Assembly (NCBI GenBank): GCA_964016885.1
Contig: OZ024743.1
Location: 342,054,001-342,118,000, forward strand
Source of the DNA: Eledone cirrhosa
Taxonomy: Eukaryota
Direction of reading: 5' to 3'
Length of the DNA stretch: 64,000 bases
Position numbers and translations under genes: made by a program. Shown here in pieces: positions 53,636 to 64,000 of this stretch. Each line of letters opens with the position of its first letter. Position 1 is the first letter of the stretch. The notes beneath the pieces are model-generated. The model worked only from the letters and a program-made list of their open reading frames with translations, was not told where the DNA came from and searched no databases.

Positions 53636-53897
53636 AAGGCACATAGCTTAGTGTGGTTAGAGCATTGGGCTTGCAATCGAAAGCTTGTGAGTTCAATTCT
53701 CGAACCGGGTGATGTGTTATTTCCATGAGCAAGACATTTTATTTCACGTTGCTCCAGTTTACTCGGCTGTAGAAATGAGATGAAGAGGTACCGGTCTGCC
53801 CGCCCAGCCAGTGGGATGGCGTTATCTTATGGCTAAAACAGCATGACGTGCTGTACAAGCCGCGCCGAATGGACGCCCGACAGACTGGTCGGTCAAG

Positions 53898-53900
<3 letters not shown>
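53636..53900 (+). mobile_element. tRNA-derived SINE family B (CORE-like)
   Basis: TAGCTTAGTGTGG A-box, GAGTTCAATTC B-box, TGAGCAAGACATTTTATTTCAC..CTGTAGAAATG. Confidence 0.7.
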
Positions 53901-53954
<54 letters not shown>

Positions 53955-54139
53955 GAGAGGTAGAATACTGGAAGGTATTATCCGTAGTGGTAGCGCACAG
54001 TGTCCATGGGACGAGTTTGGTAAAAGTAGTAACACAACAGTTAGTTCCCCAGTCCGAGCTGAAGATCCGATTAGGTGAAACAATTGTTCTCAGTATGGTG
54101 AACAAACTGTTGTGATACTACTTATATATATATACATTA

Positions 54140-54620
54140 GTTTTGCAACCCTTTTGATATGAAATCGTGTGTCGAAACAAATATTGTTATACTTGGGAAG
54201 GGTAATATTGCTATAATATTGCCAGAAATAATAACAGAACACCCTCACTGTTTGGTTTGGGTTGGTTTTCGCTTTTGTATCTTTTATATCTCAATAGTTA
54301 GTTTATTTGGCAATCAATGTTTATCATTGATTAACCAACGGTTAAAAATACAGATATAAATATATATATATATATATAGCCTATTAATTTTGGCGTAAAC
54401 TTTACAATGGGAGGAAACAAAAAGTACCACTGATGATGTGGCAGATGTGTGACGAAAGAACTTTGATATTTATATCTGTATTTTTTACCGTCGGACAATC
54501 AATGATAAACATTGATTGCCGAATAAATCAGCTATGGAGATATAAAAGATACAGAAGCGAAAACCAACCCAAACCAAACAGTGAGGGTGTTCTGTTATTA
54601 TTTCTGGCAATATTATAATA
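54140..54620. mobile_element. Inverted-repeat element related to the 14250-15770 hammerhead family
   Basis: 54213-54362 inverted at 54467-54617; CTGATGA..TGTGACGAAAGAACTTTGA at 54430-54467; attgttatacttgggaagggt end motif. Confidence 0.72.
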
Positions 54621-54634
54621 ATATATTATAATAA

Positions 54635-55045
54635 AGGCGGTGGATTGGCAGTATCGGTAGAGGGGCGGACGCCATGCTTTGCAGCAAATAGTTAGGGCCC
54701 TTTATAGTTTGAGTTCAAATCTCGCCACGGTTAACTTTGCCTTTCATCCTTACGGGGTCGATAAAATAAAGTACCAGTAATACACTAGGATAATTGCTGG
54801 CCTTCTGCCACATGTAGAAACAATATTATAATGGTATATAACACTATATATATACATATATATAACAATAATATATATATATAATTGTTTCTACTTTAGG
54901 CACAAGGCCAGCAATTACCCAGTGCATTACTGGTACTTTATTTTATCGACCCCGTAAGGATGAAACACAAAGTCAACCTCGGCGGGATTTGAACTCAGAT
55001 CGTAAAGGGACGTAACTGTGCTGGAAAGCATGGCGTCCGACCCTC
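54635..55045. mobile_element. Tail-to-tail SINE A pair (54635-54828 +, 54882-55045 -)
   Basis: SINE motifs. Confidence 0.88.
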
Positions 55046-55083
55046 AATAATATATATGTATATCTATATATATCTATATTATG

Positions 55084-55133
<50 letters not shown>

Positions 55134-55186
55134 TATATTTATATACATAATATAGATATATATAGATATAGATATATATATATAAA

Positions 55187-55276
<90 letters not shown>

Positions 55277-55683
55277 ATTTGGTGAGACAGATTTCTTTAT
55301 ATATTTATTATATTATTATTATTATTTTCTGTTACTACTCTTGGTTTCGCTGATAAAACAACCTGAAATCATTTTTACATGACAGAGTATATATGCCCAA
55401 TATATTTGGTGTTTGCTATATATATATACCGCGTTATGTCAATTTCCATTTGAATGATTATTTGAATGATCAGCATAATCCGAAACGAAGAGTAGTCACA
55501 GAGAAAATCTTAATAATATAATATATACAAAGTACTCTCAACTCTGGTATTGAGCACATTTTCCGGTTTTATAAGGAAAGTGTTCGCAGTGTCTTCGAAA
55601 TTTCGCCTGTGATCTACTTTGTCAGATATATGCGAATGTGTGTGTGTGCTGTGTCTGTGTGTGTGTGTGTGTGTATGTGTGTG

Positions 55684-55763
<80 letters not shown>

Positions 55764-56483
55764 AGTATGTATGTTGTATATCTAAAACCTGATCGATCAA
55801 TGATACAATGTTTTGGTAAGTAGTAGAAGGCAACCATTGGTCAGAATATAAAGATCTTGAAAAAGATTTCTTAGCTTATTCTATGTTATATTTTACTCAA
55901 TAAAACTTTTTTCAATCGCTTTATTACATTGCCCTTTGCTTGAAAGATTTCATTATAAGTCAGCTCAATCAGGGCTCAGATCGAAAACATTGACCACAAT
56001 ACCAACTGAAGATTATTGAGAATGATTGAACTGAAAAAATAATGGATAATTAATTCCCAAAAGATGAATGTATATTTCTGAAAGAAGTATGGAGTTGAAA
56101 ATAGGAAAGCTAAGTCTAAATATGGGAAGATTAAGAAGATTGGGGGAAAAGATAGCAGTAAAACATAGGAAAGCACAAAAGTAATTCCAGTAATACGAAC
56201 AAGAAAATGTGATACAGATATGTAATCAGTTTTCCTGGAAGTATACATACATACCAGCATGAACAAATTAAAACAGAACCTCTGCTTAAAAACATTTCCC
56301 CCAATGCCTTAAATAAAAATAAAATGCACATATGATGTGTAAAAATCAATCTCAATAATAAAATCACTGGTATAATGTTAAAAAATCTCAACATGACAAA
56401 ATATTATACGTACTAAAGCATACAAAACAGTGCTGTGTAGCACAACGAAAGAAAGCGATAAAAATAAGGTTTCTGGAATAATT

Positions 56484-57025
56484 ATAATTGTTTCTACTTT
56501 AGGCACAAAGCCAGCAATTACGCAGTGCATTACTGGTACTTTATTTTATCGACCTCGTAAGGATGAAAGGCAAAGTCAACCTCGGCGGAATTTGAACTCA
56601 GATCGTAAAGGGACGTAACTATGCTGCAAAGCATGGCGTCCGACCCTCTACCGATACTGCCAATCCACAATAGTAATTGTTTCTACATTAGGCACATTAC
56701 TGGTACTTTATTTTATCGACCCCGTAAGGATGAAAGGCAAAGTTAACCTCGGCGAGATTTGAACTCAGACAGTAAAGGGGCGTAGCACTATGTTGCAAAG
56801 CATGGCGTCCGACCCTCTACCGATACTGCCAATCCACCACCCTAATCATAATAATAATTGTTTCTACTTTTGGCACAAGGCCAGCAATTACCAGTACATT
56901 ACTGGTACTTTATTTTATCATAATAATAATTGTTTCTACATTTGGCACAAGACCAGCAAATATCCCAGTGTATTACTGGTACTTTATTTTATCGACCCCG
57001 TAAAGATGAAAGTCAAAGTTAACGG
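56484..57025 (-). mobile_element. Tandem cluster of four SINE A copies/fragments
   Basis: Tails at about 56484, 56674, 56852 and 56925. Confidence 0.88.
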
Positions 57026-57029
57026 TGGC

Positions 57030-58883
57030 TTTAATAATAATAATAATGATTTCATTTATTTGCCACAAGGGCCGACATGTAGGGGATAATACAAAGACAC
57101 AGACAGTGGGGGTTTACAATAAGGTCGAGTAAAAATGCGCAATGGCAAGAGTAATTTAACAATAAAGATATACATATTTAAAATAAACTATGCATAAATG
57201 TAACAAAGTAAATTCCACTATGGGGGGGACTCAGGGGTGACTCAGGTACCCCACCAATCCTGAACCACCCTGATCTTCAGGGAGAGCACCCCTCTCCTCA
57301 AATAAGCTACCCTATAGGCGCATGGACAGAGTAGGCCCATTCACCCCGGCCATTCTCGCTACATTCATCCACCTTTTAGCAAATGTACTGAGGCGGTAGC
57401 ACTTCTTTCTCAACCCTAACCTTCCTTTCCAGATGAAACTTGAAGAAGTTGATGAGGAAATGGCCGAAGTGAAAAGTGTGTGTCTTCAGTCCTTTCAAAC
57501 TGGTCCACCATATAACATCTTTCATAACTGCCTCCAGACCGAGGAAAACTGCCTGCTTTTCATGGCCAAAGGAACGCGGCGGGTCAATATTCACTATGGA
57601 CTGTTCGACATAACTCCACAAGTCAGTAATGCACGGACATTGAACAAGTGCATGCAGAACAGTTCGTCGCTCTGTGCGCATCTCGGGAAGGTCCGTCTGA
57701 CAGCCTTTCTGCGACTGTAGAGTTTATCCGGAACCGGCAGTGAGCCCCCCCCCCCCCCTCCCGGTAGCACTGCCAAGTGAGGGATTTCTGGAAATAGTCC
57801 ATCGTCCCCGGCTGGAAAGTAAAGTCCTGCAGAACAACTGGTCAGTTCAACTTCGTCGAGTCCCAAAGCTTCTCCGAGTGAGTCATTGCACTTCCCCCCA
57901 GTAATCCTCTATAGAACTCGAGAGTGGAAGTTCCACTGATTGCATTGCCTGCTTGGTAGAGGGCAGTGTGTGCCTGGCAACATTCCAGGTGCCAGTCACC
58001 CAGTCTTGTTCTCTTGAGGACCCAGAACTACAGCTCAGTCAAAGAAACGAGCTGCGGAAAGGCCCGTCTGATAAACGGCGACTACACCTGTTCACCGTTT
58101 AGGCAGAATATCGGAAGATATCGCAGCCTCAGAGAATGTATGCGCATCATTAGCCACGGCATGCCCAGCTCTCCGCGTAGAGGATGCTGACAGCAGATGG
58201 ACTGCCTCACCAACGGAACTTGTCCTCTCCACAAGAATTTGAAGAGGCGCCGTTCTAACTTGGCGAGGCGCGGATGAGGGCAAGGTACGACGGTCAGGCG
58301 GTAGTATGACGGACGCAATGTACGCATTCGCCACCTCCGCGCGACCTTTCAGTGATAGCTTCCTCGCAGCCTATTTTTGAGTGACACTGGCTACCCTGCT
58401 CGGTACCTCTCCCAATTCTTTTCACCTGGAGGTCTGGTCCGAACAAAACCCCGAGCAACTTTACCGGTCCGTCCGTCCAGCGCCACACCACTCTGTTTGA
58501 CGGCATGGACTTGCTTCTCCAGGTTCCGAGCTGCAAGCCCACCGACTTTTCCGGGTTAAGTTTGGCTCCTGTCAACCTTTCATATTCCTTCAATAAGGTG
58601 CCGACCACCTCGATTTCTGAGGTGTCTGACACCATCGCAGTGATGTCGTCGGCATAAGTCGACACAGACTTTCCACCTCCCTGTTCGAGCGGGATGCCGT
58701 GCAACAGCTCCAGCTTCCGCAGTAAAGGCTCGAGAGTCAATACGTACAGAAGGGTAGAGAGAGGGAACCCTTGACGGGAGAGCCGAAACGGTTCCGTGAA
58801 GTGGCCATTAACCTTGACCACCGAGCAGGTGCTGCTGTCCATTGCAGCGATCCAGCTTCTGAAGACAGTGCCGAAGCCAGGGA
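57030..58883 (-). mobile_element. Second Tx1/L1-clade LINE, 5'-truncated, with (TTA)n tail
   Basis: STYADDIT, NPEKSVGLQLGTW, SICCQHP..GELGMPWL, HALVQCP; homologous to 26740-28640. Confidence 0.9.
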
Positions 58884-59893
58884 ACGTAGGAGGGAACGTA
58901 GGAGGGCCTGCGATGGGGCACCTGGAGAGGCAGATCCATGCCATCCAGCGGACCGGTTTAATTGCTCTGGACCACCAGATGGACAAAAACTGGGACAAAG
59001 TGACGAACAGACTGACCAATTTCACCCAGCAATGGGTTGAGAGAAAGCTGTCCATGAAAAGAAGAGCGGATATGGCAAGCGCGTACATCACGTCCGTTAT
59101 CCACTACCACCTAAACGTTGTGCCTTGTCCAAGACTTGGTCTAATTGCCCTGGAGCGTTTACTGCTCCAAATCTTGAGCAATGGACGCGTTCCGATGGAC
59201 ACGTTGTCCATCTTCTGTCAACACACACTGCGTGGGGGACTGGGAATGCTGTGGAGGATAATGCACAAACATGCACTGAAGCTACGAGATATCCATCTTT
59301 TCCTTAAAGGTGAACAGGCTTTCCTCAAAGTCCCTGGCTTCGGCACTGTCTTCAGAAGCTGGATCGCTGCAATGGACAGCAGCACCTGCTCGGTGGTCAA
59401 GGTTAATGGCCACTTCACGGAACCGTTTCGGCTCTCCCGTCAAGGGTTCCCTCTCTCTACCCTTCTGTACGTATTGACTCTCGAGCCTTTACTGCGGAAG
59501 CTGGAGCTGTTGCACGGCATCCCGCTCGAACAGGGAGGTGGAAAGTCTGTGTCGACTTATGCCGACGACATCACTGCGATGGTGTCAGACACCTCAGAAA
59601 TCGAGGTGGTCGGCACCTTATTGAAGGAATATGAAAGGTTGACAGGAGCCAAACTTAACCCGGAAAAGTCGGTGGGCTTGCAGCTCGGAACCTGGAGAAG
59701 CAAGTCCATGCCGTCAAACAGCGTGGTGTGGCGCTGGACGGACGGACCGGTAAAGTTGCTCGGGGTTTTGTTCGGACCAGACCTCCAGGTGGAAAGAATT
59801 GGGAGAGGTAACGAGCAGAGTAGCCAGTGTCACTCAAAAATAGGCTGCGAGGAAGCTATCACTGAAAGGTCACGCGGAGGTGGCGAATGCGTA
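58884..59893 (+). mobile_element. Tx1 fragments: diverged piece 58900-59330 plus inverted duplicate 59331-59893 of 58320-58883
   Basis: Near-identical ~560-bp reverse-complement arms. Confidence 0.88.
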
Positions 59894-60278
59894 CATACAT
59901 ACATACACACATACATACATACATACATACATACGTACATACAAACATCATGGCTGCCCCCTCGTTGTCGAGTATGGCCATTGCACGAGGAGAAAGAAAA
60001 AAAAAAAAAGAAAAAGAAAAAATAATAATAATAATAAATAAATAAAAAGAAAATAAAAAAAAAAAATTTAAAAAATAAATAAAAAAACATATATATATAT
60101 ATATATACATACACACACACACACACACCCACACACACACTCACACATACATATACACACACATACATTAATAACAATAATAATAATAATAACAACAATA
60201 ATAATAACGACAACAACAATAATAATATACATATATATATACACACACACGCACACACACACACACACACGATAGCAA

Positions 60279-60630
60279 CTAACAGCGCTGCGATCGAATG
60301 TGGCTTTTTAGCCCAGCCAATGATCTAAAATGTCTTGCACAGAGTCGACAACCAAAACATTCACTGGTAATAGCCGGCTGTGGTTGGAGTTCGTGTACTT
60401 TTGCATGTCGCTTGAGTCCTCCTGCTGATTTACATTCTCTACCACATGTTTGGCAAGCATGATGAGTAGCATCTCCAACTGCAGCCTGGTAGTCAACCAC
60501 TGGTCTTACTTTATGACTGCGAAGATGACTTTCGAGTCCAGCTTTGCTTAGGCAGAGTCTCGCACATACGCTGCATGTCAGCACCATAGGAGGACCCTCG
60601 CCGTCTGGAAGTGCAACAGCAATGCCCTTC
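60279..60630 (-). pseudogene. Three C2H2 zinc fingers, likely an RTE ORF C-terminus
   Basis: CSVC..GLESHLRSH, CQTC..GLKRHAKVH, CRLC..GLKSHIRS; similar to the vestige in the RTE-derived elements. Confidence 0.65.
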
Positions 60631-60634
60631 CTCA

Positions 60635-61265
60635 CATACATACATACATACATACATACATACATACATACATACATACATACATACATACATACATACA
60701 TACATACATACATACATACATACATACATACATACATGCATACATAAATACATACATGATGGCTGCAAACTCTGCCAAGAGTATTGCAATCGCTTGTCAT
60801 ATTGTAGAGTTTGGTGCACTTTTAGGCTAAGGCTAGCCACACGAACATGTAAACATATCCTGAACAAGCAATACCTGTGCTTTGAAGGTTTTTTAAGTGG
60901 GGAAAGGCCTTGCACTCGACCTATCCCACTCTCTGAGCATCGAAGACTCTACCCGAAAAGTAGAACTGGTCAACATCGTCGGATGCTTCCGAAACCGCAG
61001 GTTTTTTTTTCAGAGTTTCCCTCTCCTAGAGAGGTGTTGTGACAATAAATGAGGGAGAGGGGGGGGGGATTTCACTCCCAGGTGAGAAAAAGTCAAAAAG
61101 AGAAAAAACCTACTATTTGGATAGCCGTTGACTCTGCTGAGTTTCTCCGCCCTTTGCAGGAATCTTGTATTTCATCCTGCAGATTGTCCAAATATCACCC
61201 TCCTCCCCAAGTTAGCTTGGTGGGGTTGCTGGTTTAGTCGCCGACGATGCGACCAGGAGACATCC
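60635..61265 (-). mobile_element. RTE-derived non-autonomous element (second subfamily) with long (GTAT)n tail
   Basis: GGCGACTAAACCAGCAACCCCACCAAG..GGAGGAGGGTGA, CTAGGAGAGGGAAACTCTG; 3' GCAGCCATCATGTATG. Confidence 0.65.
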
Positions 61266-61279
61266 ATACATACGTACAT

Positions 61280-62620
61280 ATATTGATGTTAGAATTCGAA
61301 AAATACTAAACAACATCGGAAACTTCCACATCAACAGTGACATAGACCACCTTTTCTTGAAATGTACGCAGGGAGGCAGAGGCCTAACATCAGTCCAGAC
61401 AGCATTTGAATGTCGCATCATATTCCTCCGACAACATCTACGAACCTCGAAGCGTAGGAGCCCGTCTCTCTAGCAAGTCTATCTGCATGAAACAGATAAG
61501 ATCATGAGAGTTGGGAAGGAACTCCTCGAGAGATATACCCTGTGTGATAATCAAAAACTCACACCCAGTGAAGTCGCTCAGCAGTATCGCAGTAAATCCA
61601 TGGATGAAAAACTGCATGCTTATCAACAAATAATCATGCATGCATATGTTGCCAGGAAGCTCCAGAGTGAGAGTAATATAGATAAGGAAAGTAGTCTGTC
61701 TTGGACCAACAACCGCTATATTGGCTCCCACTTTGAAGGATACGCGTTTGCAATCCAAGAATAGGAAATTAACACGAAATACCTGATTCACAAAACAGAT
61801 AGGGATGCTGGAAAAACACCTAGATGTGATAACAAGTGCAGACTCTGCAGAATTAACATTCGAAGATGTCACCTATGTCATCAGCAGCTGTCCAAAGATG
61901 TCATCGCGGTACTATCTACCTATGAGGCCAAAACACTGTACAATGCAATCTATAGAAAAAATTGCACCGATACATTAAAAGCTACAGCAATGTGAAAGAC
62001 ATCCATATGAAGACATAATATGAAAGAGTACTGGAGGAATGTTCCAGTAAAAACCTCAATAAAATTCAGGCATAACAGACCAGATATTATGATATGGGAC
62101 AGGGAAAAGATAGCATGCACAATAGTGGAAGTTAGCTGCCCAGCAGATACCAATATAATATCAAAGATTAGCGAAAAGGAGAATATTTTACGAAGAACTG
62201 ATGAGAAATCTGCAGATACTCCACCCTGATTACACCTCCAGATCTATGCCTGTGATTATTGGGGCACTGGGGTATGTTAGTAACTGCCTCAATACAAATC
62301 TTGAGAAGCTAGGCTTCACAGGAACAGAAACAACACAACTAGTTAGGAAATTACAAGTACAATACATTAATGGAACAGTAAAAATATGTAAAACATTCCA
62401 AAAGTATTGCATCTAATAACTGCATATACACATGTACAGATACAAAATATATACACATGCACACATACAACTCAAAACATCCACATCCACACATACAGTT
62501 AAATCCATATCTACACATGCATGCAGACATGCATACATATCTACCTAGTTGATGTTGTGTAAATTCCAATGAGAGTCTTGCGTCTATGTTAGAAACCGAC
62601 TCTCTCTCTATTGGTAAAAA
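61280..62620 (+). mobile_element. R4/Dong-like RLE LINE 3' part, frameshifted
   Basis: DIDHLFLKCTQGGRGL, HFEGYAFAIQE, CRLC, HNRPDIMIWD..IVEVSCP, PVIIGALG. Confidence 0.85.
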
Positions 62621-62679
62621 TTTGTGAAATTATTAAACCAGAAGAACATACATACACACATAGATACATACATAAAATG

Positions 62680-63220
62680 CAAGCATAAAATACCAGATAT
62701 AATGATATGGGATAGGGAAAAGAAGGCATACACAGTAGTGAAAATTAGCTTCTCAGCAGATGCCAATATAATATCAAAGATTAGCGAAAAGGAGAATATC
62801 TATCCAGAATTAATGAGAAATGTGCAGATACTCCACCCTGACTATACCTTCAGATTTATGCCTGTGATTATTGGGGCACTGGGATATGTTAGTAACTGCC
62901 TCAGTACAAATCTTGAGAAGCTGGGCTTCACAGGAACAGAAAGAACACGACTAGTTAGGCAATTACAAGTACAATCCAATAATGGAACAATGAAATTATG
63001 TAAAACATTCCAAAAGTTCTGCATCTGTTAACAGCATATGTACATATACAGATGCAAAGCATGTGCACATGCACACATATAACTCAAAACATCCGCATCC
63101 ACACATACAATCATATCCATACCTGCACACACATGCATGCATTCATACATATCTACCTAGTTGGTGTTGTGTACATCCCAAAGAGAAAGTCTTGTAAGTA
63201 TGTTAGAAACCGACTCTCAT
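62680..63220 (+). mobile_element. Diverged second copy of the RLE domain plus 3' UTR
   Basis: PDIMIWDREKK..PVIIGALGYVSNCL repeats 62075-62600. Confidence 0.85.
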
Positions 63221-63359
63221 TCTCTCTCTGTGTCTCTCTATCTATCTCTCTATCTCTCTCTTGCTCTCCCTCTCTCTCTCCTTCTCTCTCTCTCTATCTC
63301 TCTCTCTCTCTGTTGGTAAAACATTATAAAATTATAAAACCAGAATTACATACATGTCA

Positions 63360-64000
63360 CTGAGGCCCCTTTCCAGAAAGACATAGAGTCCTGCTGGAGA
63401 ACAATATGGGGTAAACGAAAGATTTAAACCAAGATACAATGTGATGTGGCTAAAACAAATCCAAAAGAACTATTGCTCCTACACTGCAACAAAAACATGC
63501 GAAATGAATGAGGATACCCTTGAGACTGTGATAGAAAAACTCCAAGATGAGAAAACACCAGGAAGACACATGATTGTTGGCTACCGGTGCAAAGAACTAA
63601 TATTCTATCCCATGTATTTTATCGACCTCTACCAGCATGTTCTCACGGGAGATGCACATATACCAGAATGGTTGACATTAGCACAAACTATATTGGTCCC
63701 CAAGAACAAAGACACCCACTTGGCAAGAAACTATCGACCCATTGCATGCCAGATCCTGATGTATAAGATGTGTACTGCCTGCCAGAACCTATTTCCCCAA
63801 TGTCACTGCAACAGTAATCAGATCATTACAGATGAAGAAGAAACTGGAAAGAAAGGTGTTTGGGGGTGTGCTGAACACCTCCTATTTAAGAAAATTGCGA
63901 TATCGGAGGTGTGACAACCTATGAGGTATATGGCTACAGTCTGGCTGGACTACTGGAAAGCATTTGAATCTGTTCCCCACTTTCTGATGATAGAAGCCCC
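63360..64000 (+). mobile_element. R4/Dong-like RT N-terminal fragment, runs off window
   Basis: KTPG, IPEWLTLAQTILVPK..NYRPIAC, GCAEHLL, WLDYWKAFESVPH. Confidence 0.85.

Noticed and set aside
53636-53712. tRNA gene
   Set aside because: SINE head with A/B boxes but no complete cloverleaf, continuing into SINE body; same for SINE A heads
56484-57025. CRISPR-like repeated motifs
   Set aside because: Tandem SINE fragments with irregular spacing; eukaryotic context and no cas genes
58796-60025. 409-aa ORF as a functional gene
   Set aside because: Chimera of antisense and permuted Tx1 fragments ending in microsatellite

Overview
AT-rich, microsatellite-saturated eukaryotic non-genic DNA. The SINE/LINE repertoire suggests an invertebrate, probably a cephalopod (Octopus-like); this is inference. 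No host protein-coding exon could be supported. The window is a mosaic of decayed retroelements: R4/Dong-like and CRE-like RLE LINEs, RTE, CR1-group and Tx1/L1 LINEs, two Penelope-like (RT + GIY-YIG) ORFs, and about 25 copies or fragments of tRNA-derived SINEs. The main signal not visible in the ORF track is a dense population of type I hammerhead ribozymes (CUGANGA...GAAA...NUH with pairable stems I-III). I read about 19 motifs from roughly 12 sequence families. Most lie in non-coding elements inserted in (TA)n tracts, with partial-tandem and/or inverted architecture and, where measurable, monomers of about 450-540 nt. These look like retrozyme-like or non-autonomous Penelope-dependent RNAs. 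Also notable: the dominant SINE shares its 3' tail with the Tx1 LINE, there are bipartite RTE-derived non-autonomous elements, and fold-back duplications are frequent.
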